NCBI GenBank assembly: GCA_023898425.1
Contig: CP060222.1
Coordinates: 840,001 to 872,000 of the forward strand
Direction of reading: 5' to 3'
DNA: 32,000 nucleotides
Source: Candidatus Saccharimonadota bacterium
GTDB taxonomy: Bacteria; Patescibacteriota; Patescibacteriia; 2-12-FULL-60-25
Shown here: in pieces, positions 11,981 through 20,504 of the stretch
How the letters are laid out: every line of letters starts with the position of its first letter
How positions within the stretch are numbered: the stretch's first letter is position 1
The notes under the pieces: model-generated
What the model was told of the DNA's origin: nothing
What the model saw: only the letters and a program-made list of their open reading frames with translations
Databases searched by the model: none
Position numbers and translations under genes: made by a program

Positions 11981-12907
11981 ATGTATTCGATGTACTTTCG
12001 CTCATTAAAAGAAGAAGCCCTAACCGAAATAAAGACGCATAAGAGCGGTGTTTGGATTCGTTCAGAAAATCCAGATAAAAAAGAGCTCGCTAAGCTTGTT
12101 TCTCAGTTTGATTTGGAACCCGGTCATCTGCACGATGCGACAGATCCGCTTGAGGTACCACGTCTTGAGGTAGAAGATAAAACCGTATATCTTTTTACTC
12201 GTATCCCTGTAAAAGATGACGGCACAGCGGTGACCGTTCCGATCCTTATTGCCTATACTACTGACAATATCGTGACTGTCAGTAATAGAAAACTTACGTC
12301 TATCGACCAATGGATCAGTCGTGACAAGACTATTATCACCACTCAACGTACAAAACTTTTATTGCAGATCCTTCAGCACATTAATACCGCTTTCGTTACT
12401 CATGTAAATACCATCGCGCGTCAGATTCGCGCCATTAGTTTACAACTCCATACGGCCGACATTAAAAACCGTGAGATTAGTCAGCTCGTTGCCTATGAAG
12501 GAGTCTTACAAGACTTCATGTCATCCCTTATCCCAACGAATGCAATACTTACACAGATACTTTCAGGTCGCATTATCAAGCTTTACGAAGAAGATAAGGA
12601 TTTTGTCGAAGATCTTGTCTTGAGCACAAATCAACTTGTCGAGTTATGTAGAGCCAATCTCAAAACAATTGTCTCGCTTCGCGAAGCCACGGCAACCATC
12701 ATGACGAATAACTTGAATCGTGTGATTAAACTCCTTACGTCTTTAACGGTTATTTTGATGATTCCAAATCTCATTACTGGTCTTTATGGGATGAATGTAA
12801 AACTACCTTTCGACCAACATCCGCTCGCCTTCTTTATTGTCTTTGGGACCATTGTTACATCTACCGTCTTTACCTTCTATATCTTTCTCCGTAACAGATG
12901 GCTTTAG
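11981..12907 (+). CDS. corA: CorA-family magnesium/cobalt transporter
   Basis: GLYGMNV (GMN motif) between two C-terminal TM helices, in a 308-aa CorA-like layout. Confidence 0.9.
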   Translation: MYSMYFRSLKEEALTEIKTHKSGVWIRSENPDKKELAKLVSQFDLEPGHLHDATDPLEVPRLEVEDKTVYLFTRIPVKDDGTAVTVPILIAYTTDNIVTVSNRKLTSIDQWISRDKTIITTQRTKLLLQILQHINTAFVTHVNTIARQIRAISLQLHTADIKNREISQLVAYEGVLQDFMSSLIPTNAILTQILSGRIIKLYEEDKDFVEDLVLSTNQLVELCRANLKTIVSLREATATIMTNNLNRVIKLLTSLTVILMIPNLITGLYGMNVKLPFDQHPLAFFIVFGTIVTSTVFTFYIFLRNRWL

Positions 12908-12957
12908 GCTTGCCCCTAGCCAAAATGTCCATTTTCGTTTAGACTCCCTCTATACCT

Positions 12958-13686
12958 ATGAAAGACATTTCTCCTATTTTACGTTCTCTTGGCCTTGCTG
13001 AGAGCGATGTAACCACCTATTTAAACGCACTTCAGAACGGTCCTAGCACCGTTGTTGACCTTGCTAAACGCACCGGGCTCTCACGTCAGGCTGTCTATCT
13101 TTCAATTGACGCCATGACCGAGCGCAGCCTCATGTCGAGTATCCAACGTGGTAAAAAGCGTTACTTTACGGCAGAGCCCCCAACAAAGCTTCTTGCACAC
13201 GCAAAAAGACAAGCGCAAAAAGTTGATGAATATATCGCTGATTTAGAAAAAGCAATTCCACAACTCGAGCTTCAAGTTGCCGGCGAAAGACCTATTGTAC
13301 GCCTTTATGAAGGTAAGGAGAGCGTCCGTGTTCACTTAGAAGAAGTTAGCAAAACACGCGCTAAGGATATTTATGAGTTCTCAGATCTTGATGCATTGAG
13401 CACGATACTTGTAAACAATGAGAGAGACCCAATAAAAAAAGCTATACAAGATCGAAAGCACACTGTCCACTCACTGTACCGCGTAGCAAGTACCGGAGCC
13501 AAGAAACCTCACTACGACTATTTACCTAGCTCGATAGAATCATTTAAATCTAATATCACTGTTTTTGGAAACACTCTTATCCTCACAACTCTGAGCGGTA
13601 AAATGCACTCTATAGCTATAGACGACAAACACCTTGCTGAAAGCCTTAAAATCCTCATCAAGTACGCTAAAAAAGGGGTGAAATAA
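12958..13686 (+). CDS. TrmB-family HTH transcriptional regulator
   Basis: N-terminal winged-helix pattern LGLAESDVTTYLNALQNGPSTVVDLAKRTGLSRQAVYLSIDAMTERSLM...GKKRYFTAEPP. Confidence 0.75.
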   Translation: MKDISPILRSLGLAESDVTTYLNALQNGPSTVVDLAKRTGLSRQAVYLSIDAMTERSLMSSIQRGKKRYFTAEPPTKLLAHAKRQAQKVDEYIADLEKAIPQLELQVAGERPIVRLYEGKESVRVHLEEVSKTRAKDIYEFSDLDALSTILVNNERDPIKKAIQDRKHTVHSLYRVASTGAKKPHYDYLPSSIESFKSNITVFGNTLILTTLSGKMHSIAIDDKHLAESLKILIKYAKKGVK

Positions 13687-13700
13687 AAACAATTAAAGAA

Positions 13701-13751
13701 GCCCGCCGAGTGTACAGACATCCTAAGTAGGGTATCGTACATTTGGCGGGC
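13701..13751. other. long imperfect hairpin (H1) immediately after trmB
   Basis: GCCCGCC(GAG)TGTAC...GTACA(TTT)GGCGGGC with an inner ATCCT/AGGGT stem. On the minus strand it is followed by a T-rich tail (TTCTTTAATTGTTTTTATTT). Confidence 0.6.
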
Positions 13752-13762
13752 TCCAGGAAGTA

Positions 13763-13810
13763 GTCCAATTACCTATCACTGTAGTTCAGTGTCTGGTAAA
13801 AGGACTTTTT
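13763..13810 (+). terminator. extended hairpin (H2) plus U5, a candidate terminator of trmB
   Basis: GTCC-AA-TTACC-TAT-CACTG-TAGTT-CAGTG-TCT-GGTAA-AA-GGAC followed by TTTTT. Confidence 0.55.
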
Positions 13811-13965
13811 ATGTTTCACACATGCTCTCCCCCTTTGTGAGGAGGGTATCAGTCGAACTTACAGTGCCGCCAAGCACGCTACTTAATGGATGTTTCATCC
13901 TAGAACTTACGTTCATGCGCGCACCTATTGGCGTGCTCCCGGTGCCGACTGATAACCGAAAGCAC
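13811..13965 (+). ncRNA. unassigned multi-helix RNA-like element (strand uncertain, plus slightly favoured)
   Basis: Nested helices: 13825-30/13841-46, 13847-55/13946-54 (9 bp), 13864-68/13941-45 and 13873-79/13931-37, with inner hairpins 13888-13900 and 13903-13914. Wobble pairs work only on the plus strand. No match to RNase P, tmRNA or SRP core motifs. Confidence 0.35.
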
Positions 13966-13971
13966 ATACTA

Positions 13972-14000
13972 TCTATATCATAATATCGATATTTTGTCAA
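13972..14000 (-). promoter_or_regulatory. candidate sigma70-type promoter reading into the structured region on the minus strand
   Basis: Minus strand reads TTGACA (13995-14000), 17 nt, TATAGA (13972-77). Confidence 0.4.
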
Positions 14001-14061
14001 TATTATAGTTTACGTAAATATGGCTATTTTTTGTAAAAAAGGCTAAGGTTCGCCACATCTT

Positions 14062-15831
14062 ATGTCCGTTCTCCTTCATACCGAAGGTCTTTCGAAGACC
14101 CTGGGTGCTCGCGTGCTTTTTCACGAGGGTACTTTTGCCATATATGAAGGACTAAAAATAGGCCTTATTGGCCGAAATGGCGCCGGTAAAACGACCCTTA
14201 TGAAAATGCTGGCTGGTGTAGAAAAACCAGATTCAGGTACTATCGTTGTCCATCCAGGAACCCGAGTCGCCTACCTCTCGCAGCATGTTGCCTTTAAAGG
14301 CGATGAAACCGTTTTACATTATCTAGAGCGCATTTCTTACAAAGCTGAATGGGAGTGTTCAAAAATAGCAGGTGCTTTTGACCTTAAAAAAGAGAAGCTC
14401 CATGTACCCGTGTCATCACTCTCTGGTGGTTGGCAAATGCGCGTTCAGCTCGCTGGGCTTTTGCTTCATGATCCAAATCTCCTTCTTCTTGATGAACCAA
14501 CTAACTATCTTGATGTACAAACCCAGCTTCTTCTTGAAGAGTTTTTACGTAACTGGAATGGCGCTGTTTTAGTCATCTCGCACGATCGTTCTTTTTTGAT
14601 GAACGTTTGTGATCACACCATGGAGATTGATCAAGGCGACATCACACTCTACGATGGCGACGTAAATACGTATGAAGCGTTTAAAGAAGAGCGGCTTGCT
14701 TTCAATATCAAATTCAATCAAAAAATTGATCAGCAAAAAAAGCATCTGATGGATTTTGTCACACGTTTTGGTGCAAAAGCGACGAAAGCAACACAAGCCC
14801 AATCAAAGCTCAAACAAATTCGTAAATTAAAACCGGTTGAAATCAAGCAAAGATTAAAAAGTACAAATATCCGCATTCAATCAACAGATCCGCGAAAAAC
14901 GTTTGCGGTAAAAGCGAAAGACCTCGTTGTTGGATATGACGATCGAATCATTGCTCGTGATGGAAATTTTGAAATTGATCGTGGTCAAAAAGTCGCGATT
15001 CTCGGTGAAAATGGCGCAGGTAAATCCACTCTTCTTAAAACACTTGGCGGAACGCTCGAGAAAATTGATGGCACATTTACTTGGAATAACCGTATTGAAA
15101 TCGCTTACTACGATCAGTTTTCTGCAGCAACACTTCATCCAAAAGACACGATTGGAGACTATCTCAAACGACAAGCAGGCTATCTTGAAGCTGAAGATGT
15201 TTTGCGTATGGCTGGTGCCTTTTTATTTAAGCTCGAAGATCTTGATAAAACCGTCAGCGTTTTATCAGGAGGCGAAAGAGCGCGTCTCGTACTCGCTGGT
15301 ATTCTTTTGAAAGCTCCTGATGCTCTTCTCCTTGATGAACCAACGAACCATTTAGACTTGGAAACCGTTGAAACATTGGCGGATGCTCTTCATCGCTGGA
15401 ACGGCACCGTGCTCTTTATTAGTCATAGCCGTAGTTTTGTTAATCTTCTTGCGACGCGTATTCTTGAGGTAAAGGACAAAGCTATTCGCAACTTTCCTGG
15501 TACATACGAAGAGTATCTTTATGCACTGAGTCTTGAAGCAGGCATTCCACAAGAAAAACAAGACGACGATGTTATTACAGAAACCGTAAATAAAAAAGAA
15601 CGTCACGAAAAACGCAAAGAACTTTTACGCAATGTCCAAAAACTTGAAAAGCAATTAGAAGATCTCGAGCTAGAAAGAGAAATACTCATGAAGTCTATTC
15701 TCACTGACCCTACCAAAATAGATGTTGAGCGCGACCGCCGATTACAAACACTCGCTACAATTATCACCCATACAGAAAGCGAATGGCTTAAGACCCAAGA
15801 AGAGGTACAAAAGATTGAAGAACGTCCATAA
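14062..15831 (+). CDS. ABC-F family ATPase (two ABC domains, no TM domain)
   Basis: Two Walker A sites (GRNGAGKTT, GENGAGKST), two signatures (LSGGWQMRVQLA, LSGGERARLVLA), an inter-domain linker and a C-terminal coiled-coil tail. Confidence 0.9.
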   Translation: MSVLLHTEGLSKTLGARVLFHEGTFAIYEGLKIGLIGRNGAGKTTLMKMLAGVEKPDSGTIVVHPGTRVAYLSQHVAFKGDETVLHYLERISYKAEWECSKIAGAFDLKKEKLHVPVSSLSGGWQMRVQLAGLLLHDPNLLLLDEPTNYLDVQTQLLLEEFLRNWNGAVLVISHDRSFLMNVCDHTMEIDQGDITLYDGDVNTYEAFKEERLAFNIKFNQKIDQQKKHLMDFVTRFGAKATKATQAQSKLKQIRKLKPVEIKQRLKSTNIRIQSTDPRKTFAVKAKDLVVGYDDRIIARDGNFEIDRGQKVAILGENGAGKSTLLKTLGGTLEKIDGTFTWNNRIEIAYYDQFSAATLHPKDTIGDYLKRQAGYLEAEDVLRMAGAFLFKLEDLDKTVSVLSGGERARLVLAGILLKAPDALLLDEPTNHLDLETVETLADALHRWNGTVLFISHSRSFVNLLATRILEVKDKAIRNFPGTYEEYLYALSLEAGIPQEKQDDDVITETVNKKERHEKRKELLRNVQKLEKQLEDLELEREILMKSILTDPTKIDVERDRRLQTLATIITHTESEWLKTQEEVQKIEERP

Positions 15832-15843
15832 GACGTTCTTTTT
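15820..15843 (+). terminator. intrinsic terminator overlapping the ABC-F stop codon
   Basis: GAACGTC-CATAA-GACGTTC-TTTTT. Confidence 0.6.
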
Positions 15844-15845
15844 CG

Positions 15846-15854
15846 TGCTATAAT
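15846..15854 (+). promoter_or_regulatory. extended -10 box (TGcTATAAT), 6 nt upstream of ATG 15861
   Basis: Consensus TATAAT at 15849-54 with upstream TG. No SD. Leaderless geometry. Confidence 0.5.
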
Positions 15855-15860
15855 GCACCC

Positions 15861-16949
15861 ATGAAACGATTGGTTGGCGTATCGCTTATAGTATTCTTTG
15901 TATTGCTTTTAACGCTACGATTACCGGCAACAGAAGAAGTAGTAGAGCAACTCCCAGCAACAAAGCCAACCATACAGAAAACACTTATCCCTATTAATGA
16001 TCAGCCTGAGTTCTACATTGATTATGGACTATCCTTTATTAAGCAGGATCAACCAATGATTGACTCTAAAATACTACTTGTCCCTCATCACCTGCTCCCC
16101 GTTAAACAAATTGGTGAAGCATTTGCGTCGGCGCCAAATGAAAAACGCGTTATTCTGCTAGCACCAGATCATTTTTCTGGTTGTCCAACTTTTGTCTGTA
16201 CAACCGAAGCTGACTTCTCCTATCAAGCAATCACGATACCTACAGTAGCCGCAGAACAATCTCCTATCACGAAATCAGATTTTCTCTTCACACGAGAGCA
16301 TGCTATCCGTGGACTGCTGCCTTTTCTTAAAAAGCGTTGGCCTGAATCTGAACTCATTCCCATTACTATTAAAGCAGATGCTGACGTTGAAACGATTGAT
16401 CGTCTCGCTCAATGGATACTCACCGAACTCCAACGAGGCGATACCTATCTCGTTGCAACCATTGATCTTTCACACTATCTCCCTGCTTATCTTGCCGATA
16501 TTCATGACCTCGTCACCATCCGAGATCTGCTGACACCAGACCCAGAGCGCTGGAAACCAATGGAAATTGATAATCCGCCTATCGCTAGGATTGTCCAAAC
16601 GCTCTCGAGAGACCTAGGTCTTAAAGGTAGCGTTCAAAGCCATACCAATTCATTGCGCTTGGTCCAATCTAAAAAAGAACGCGAGGGCACAAGCCATGTG
16701 ATTATTCGTTATTCAAACGAAGGCGAAGTACCAGAAGAAGTTTCAACCATTCTTTACACTGACCCAAGTCGAAAGATCTACAGCATAGAAGACCGTTATT
16801 ATTGGGGGTTTGATCAAATAATCACAACGTCGACAAAACAAGATTGGGCTGAGGTTATTACCCCAACGACCACCACACGTATCGATCTACCCTTTGAACG
16901 AATCGATGGATTAAATAAACCTGTCATCGATAGCGTACAAGCTCGTTAA
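15861..16949 (+). CDS. membrane-anchored Memo / AmmeMemoRadiSam-B-like family protein
   Basis: N-terminal TM helix. Blocks LLVPHH, ILLAPDHF, TREHAIRGLLPFLKK and VATIDLSHYLP resemble the Memo-family blocks PHAGY, GPNH, EHSxExqLPFL and SxDLSHY. Confidence 0.55.
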   Translation: MKRLVGVSLIVFFVLLLTLRLPATEEVVEQLPATKPTIQKTLIPINDQPEFYIDYGLSFIKQDQPMIDSKILLVPHHLLPVKQIGEAFASAPNEKRVILLAPDHFSGCPTFVCTTEADFSYQAITIPTVAAEQSPITKSDFLFTREHAIRGLLPFLKKRWPESELIPITIKADADVETIDRLAQWILTELQRGDTYLVATIDLSHYLPAYLADIHDLVTIRDLLTPDPERWKPMEIDNPPIARIVQTLSRDLGLKGSVQSHTNSLRLVQSKKEREGTSHVIIRYSNEGEVPEEVSTILYTDPSRKIYSIEDRYYWGFDQIITTSTKQDWAEVITPTTTTRIDLPFERIDGLNKPVIDSVQAR

Positions 16950-16982
16950 CATCAGTATATTAAGCTACACTTACCTATAATT

Positions 16983-18698
16983 ATGAAAATTTCTCCAACA
17001 ATAAAAAATGCCATTCTTATGGCGGGAGGGGCTGTCTTGCTTGTCAGCCTTGTGATGAACGGTGTTTTGTATAATCAAACAAAACAACTCGTTGATCAAA
17101 TCAAAACTACGGTAACGCAATCAACTCCTGTGGCTTCTAAACCCATCCCTCAACAGCCACTGACAGATGAGAATACGGATGAACCAGAAGAGATAGAACA
17201 TATTGTTCTTGATATTGATTGGCAAAAGCCTGTGCCGCTTTCGGAAGAGATGATTTTTAAATATCGCCTTAGAGATATGCCCTGGGACCAAGGCTTATAT
17301 GGTATTGATTCTAATTTTGGACAAATTAGTGGTGTCGTAAAAAATGCTCAATACCTTAACTGGAATTTTGTTGTTATGCGCAGCGAGCCTGGTATGGGAG
17401 GCTATAATTATTCATATGCATTAATCCCTCCCAATGATAATGCGAATCAAGAACCAGTGTTGCTACCTATGTTAAAGAATGGTGGTTCTACGGAAGACTA
17501 TGAGAATAGATCCTACTTCGAGATACCAAACCAAAGCGCTACTTTACCGGGTGGCAAAGTCGTTTCAGTACACGATTCATATTTTTCCTGGGATTTAAAC
17601 ACTGCTTTTTCCGGTTTAATCATGAAAACAATGAAGACGAAAGAAGGATACACTGTGAGTCTGACTGATAAAGGCTACTATTTTATTGAATATCCAGGTG
17701 GTATTTTCACTACGTACTTTGAAGAACCGATTAGGGATAATGACCGTAGCGATGATTCTCTTCAGTTACAAAGTGCAGGAATTCAAAAAAATCTCTTATT
17801 CGTTCCAGGTAGCTTAGCTCCCTATGAAATCGGTGGCTGTGGTGGCCCTGCGACGGTCGTCTTTATCGATTCTTCCTCAAACAAGAATGCTGCAGAAAGC
17901 ACATTCAAAAGTAGTGAACTTAAAGCGATCAGAACGGGCACAGGATCCACAGTATACCGCGTAACAAATCTTCAGCACCCGGCTTACGAACGTGCTTATG
18001 AACAATGGTATCTACCGTCATGGAAAGACGGCCTAAAACCAACTTACGAAGAGTTTCTAAAAATGAATGACCTACCGTTTTTCCTCTTTAAAGATTCTGT
18101 TGGTACTTGGACGATGTATACCGCTGCTGGCATTGGATCTTTTGCTGAGTGTGGTAAGCCCGTTATCTACCTCTATCCTCCACAAGAAACCGAAGTACAC
18201 GTTAAGCTCCCTACGAGTATCGATGTAACCGTCTCTGAACCTACCTATCCAAAAAACGGCTGGACGACCGTAGCGAAACCTAATGGAGATCTCACCATGT
18301 CTGACGGAAGCCGTTACACCTCACTTTTTTGGGAAGGCTATGGAGCTACCTATAAAACACCAACAACAGGCTTTATTGTTAAAGGACAAGACGTAGAATC
18401 ATTCTTGAACACCACACTGCGTAACTACGGGTTAAATGATCAAGAAACAAAAGAATTTAGTGAGTTCTGGGTGCCGATCATGAAAGAGTACCCAACCACG
18501 CGTGTTTCCTTTATCACTGATGAATGGGATCAAAATGTACCTCTAGATGTAACACCAAAGCCGGATACTACGATTAGACTCTTTATGGACTGGTCTCCGG
18601 TAAGCGCAGATGCGACCATCGAAAAACCTAAGGAAGTTACTACTGCAAAACGATCAGGATTCACTCTGGTTGAATGGGGCGGTCTTCTCAGAAGATAA
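16983..18698 (+). CDS. membrane-anchored extracytoplasmic hypothetical protein (571 aa)
   Basis: N-terminal TM helix (AILMAGGAVLLVSLVMNGVL) and a long uninterrupted ORF. No motif I can name. Confidence 0.6.
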   Translation: MKISPTIKNAILMAGGAVLLVSLVMNGVLYNQTKQLVDQIKTTVTQSTPVASKPIPQQPLTDENTDEPEEIEHIVLDIDWQKPVPLSEEMIFKYRLRDMPWDQGLYGIDSNFGQISGVVKNAQYLNWNFVVMRSEPGMGGYNYSYALIPPNDNANQEPVLLPMLKNGGSTEDYENRSYFEIPNQSATLPGGKVVSVHDSYFSWDLNTAFSGLIMKTMKTKEGYTVSLTDKGYYFIEYPGGIFTTYFEEPIRDNDRSDDSLQLQSAGIQKNLLFVPGSLAPYEIGGCGGPATVVFIDSSSNKNAAESTFKSSELKAIRTGTGSTVYRVTNLQHPAYERAYEQWYLPSWKDGLKPTYEEFLKMNDLPFFLFKDSVGTWTMYTAAGIGSFAECGKPVIYLYPPQETEVHVKLPTSIDVTVSEPTYPKNGWTTVAKPNGDLTMSDGSRYTSLFWEGYGATYKTPTTGFIVKGQDVESFLNTTLRNYGLNDQETKEFSEFWVPIMKEYPTTRVSFITDEWDQNVPLDVTPKPDTTIRLFMDWSPVSADATIEKPKEVTTAKRSGFTLVEWGGLLRR

Positions 18699-18730
18699 TC
18701 ATAAAACCCTCCGATCGGAGGGTTTTATGA
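18699..18730. terminator. perfect palindromic bidirectional terminator
   Basis: TCATAAAACCCTCC-GATC-GGAGGGTTTTATGA lies between the convergent 571-aa gene and the tRNA. Confidence 0.7.
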
Positions 18731-18807
18731 TGGTGGGACCAGATGGAGTCGAACCATCGACCGGTCGTGTATAAGACGACTGCTCTAACCAACTGAGCTA
18801 TGGTCCC
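18731..18807 (-). tRNA. tRNA-Ile, anticodon UAU, CCA encoded
   Basis: Manual cloverleaf: acceptor GGGACCA/TGGTCCC, D arm GCTC-AGTTGGTTA-GAGC, anticodon arm GTCGT-CTTATAC-ACGAC, variable loop CGGTC, T arm GATGG-TTCGACT-CCATC, discriminator A, CCA. Confidence 0.9.
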
Positions 18808-18894
18808 TAATGTGGCCCTACGGTACGCTTTTTGCTCCGAGTGATCAATCCCCTTGTTTATTGGCTTACCATGGACAAAAAAGCCAATTTCGGC

Positions 18895-18900
18895 TAGTAT
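18895..18900 (+). promoter_or_regulatory. -10 box TAGTAT, 6 nt upstream of the rluD-like ATG
   Basis: TAGTAT at 18895-900, ATG at 18907, no SD. Confidence 0.35.
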
Positions 18901-18906
18901 CGCCGC

Positions 18907-19878
18907 ATGCCAAAGACCTCCCCGACACTCAAATGGACTGTCACAGAAGACCAAGTTGATATGCGCTTGGATCACTTCTTGACTCAAGAAACGGATAAGA
19001 CCCGTTCGTCTTTGCAAAACGCGATTAAAAAAGGCCTCGTTACGGTAAGCGGTCAAAAACCGACGGTGCACCGCTTTTTACGTTTAGGTGACGAAATTAT
19101 TTTTACACCAGAAGTAAAACCAACCGCCCTTGAACGCGCCGAAGAAAAAGTAAAAAACCCAGAACTACGCTTGCCAACGCTTGCGAGCATTTTAATTGAT
19201 ACACATCCAGATTATTACGTTATCAACAAACCAGCGGGACTCATGGTTCACCCTGATAATCGTGGCGAAGGTGACACCTTGGTTGATGTTATTTTGACGG
19301 CAGAACCAGAGATCGTAAAAGTTGGTGAAGATCCATCACGTCCTGGTATTGTGCATCGTCTTGATAAAGATGTAAGCGGCCTCATGCTTATCGCTCGTAC
19401 GCAAAAAGGCTTTGATGCTCTTAAAGACGAGTTTGCGCAACGTAATGTAAAGAAAACCTATATCGTTCTCGTACACGGAGCACTTCCACACGATGAAGAC
19501 GATATCAAATTTCGTATCGCACGCTCGACAAGCAAGGCTCGTATGGCGGCACTCCCCCAAAATGACAGCGAGGGTAAGGCCGCTTGGACACACTATCGCG
19601 TCTTAGAACGCTTTCGTGTTGCAACATTAGCGGAGGTAGAAATTTTAAGTGGTCGCACGCACCAAATTCGTGCTCATATGCACGCCCTTGGATGCCCTGT
19701 TATTGGCGACGGTCTCTATACCATTAAAAAAACCGAGTTTGATCGCACAAAGAGTCCAAAACTTCTTCTGCAAAGTGTTGGGATTCAATTTACTGATCCC
19801 GAGACAGGAGAAAGAAAAAGCTATACTATAGAACGTGACCCTGCTTTTGCGCAGGTGATGGCCGATCTCCCACGTTAA
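18907..19878 (+). CDS. rluD: RluA/RluD-family 23S rRNA pseudouridine synthase
   Basis: N-terminal S4-like domain (RLDHFLTQ...), catalytic HRLDKDVSGLMLIA, and GRTHQIRAHM. Confidence 0.9.
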   Translation: MPKTSPTLKWTVTEDQVDMRLDHFLTQETDKTRSSLQNAIKKGLVTVSGQKPTVHRFLRLGDEIIFTPEVKPTALERAEEKVKNPELRLPTLASILIDTHPDYYVINKPAGLMVHPDNRGEGDTLVDVILTAEPEIVKVGEDPSRPGIVHRLDKDVSGLMLIARTQKGFDALKDEFAQRNVKKTYIVLVHGALPHDEDDIKFRIARSTSKARMAALPQNDSEGKAAWTHYRVLERFRVATLAEVEILSGRTHQIRAHMHALGCPVIGDGLYTIKKTEFDRTKSPKLLLQSVGIQFTDPETGERKSYTIERDPAFAQVMADLPR

Positions 19879-19881
19879 TCT

Positions 19882-20445
19882 ATGTCTCGCACCTCGCTCT
19901 TTCTTATTGCTGGTAATTCAGCCACAGGCAAATCAACGCTTGTAAAAACATTGTTGAAAAAATCAAATCTTGAGCTTGCTCGATGCATCACAACCACAAC
20001 ACGCCCCATGCGTCGTGGTGAAGTTCAAGATAGTTCTTACCACTTTATTTCAAACGAACGCTTTCAGTCATTAATAAAGAAACAAGCTTTTGTTGAATAT
20101 GCCACCGTTTTTGGGCATTGCTACGGAACACAAAAAGCTGATTTAGAAAAACTTCTAAAAGCAAAGAAAAACGTACTTCTTATTTTAGACAAGGTCGGTA
20201 TTAAATCCGTGTTAGAAATCTATCCTGAGGCGATGCTCATCATGCTTACAGCAAAGCGTGAAACCATTAAGAATCGTCTCATAAAACGTGGCACTGATCC
20301 AAAAGAGATTCGAGATCGGCTCTCCCATTTGAAAGAAGAAAAAGAGCTCCTACCTTTAGCAGATCTCGTTATCGCAACCGATCAAACAACACCAAGACAA
20401 GTAGCGGGACAAGTAGACGCGTTTATTCATCATATTGTTACGTAA
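19882..20445 (+). CDS. gmk: guanylate kinase
   Basis: P-loop GNSATGKST, TTTRPMRRGEVQDSSYHFIS, and EYATVFGHCYGT. Confidence 0.9.
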   Translation: MSRTSLFLIAGNSATGKSTLVKTLLKKSNLELARCITTTTRPMRRGEVQDSSYHFISNERFQSLIKKQAFVEYATVFGHCYGTQKADLEKLLKAKKNVLLILDKVGIKSVLEIYPEAMLIMLTAKRETIKNRLIKRGTDPKEIRDRLSHLKEEKELLPLADLVIATDQTTPRQVAGQVDAFIHHIVT

Positions 20446-20447
20446 GT

Positions 20448-20478
20448 AAACAGCCATGCAAATGCATGGCTGTTTTTT
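20448..20478 (+). terminator. intrinsic terminator
   Basis: CAGCCATGCA-AA-TGCATGGCTG followed by TTTTTT. Confidence 0.75.
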
Positions 20479-20504
20479 GACCCTACGGGTATACTGTCAA
20501 TCAT

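Noticed and set aside
13847-13954. A MITE-like insertion (108 bp with ~33-bp imperfect terminal inverted repeats).
   Set aside because: I could see no flanking target-site duplication and no second copy in the window. The mismatches in the arms are wobble-compatible on one strand, which fits RNA structure better. It is kept as an alternative in the finding rather than called.
13690-13990. Possible RNase P RNA, tmRNA, SRP RNA or 6S RNA.
   Set aside because: - AGGAAGUAGUCC after hairpin H1 superficially resembles the RNase P CR-I motif GAGGAAAGUCC, but no P4 partner (ACAGAA..GGCUUA-type) or P1 end-pairing exists.
- No tRNA-like T-arm with CCA end or tag ORF is present, which excludes tmRNA.
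- No GGAA/AGCA helix-8 motif is present, which excludes SRP RNA.
- The architecture is not a single bulged hairpin as in 6S RNA.
13789-14000. ORFs 13789-13983 (+, GTG start) and 13809-14000 (-) inside the structured spacer.
   Set aside because: They lie antisense to each other across densely base-paired sequence. They have no SD or promoter context, and their composition is odd. The region is better explained as RNA structure.
18688-19071. A 127-aa minus-strand ORF.
   Set aside because: It overlaps the tRNA-Ile gene, the palindromic terminator and the 5' end of the rluD-like gene, so it is spurious.
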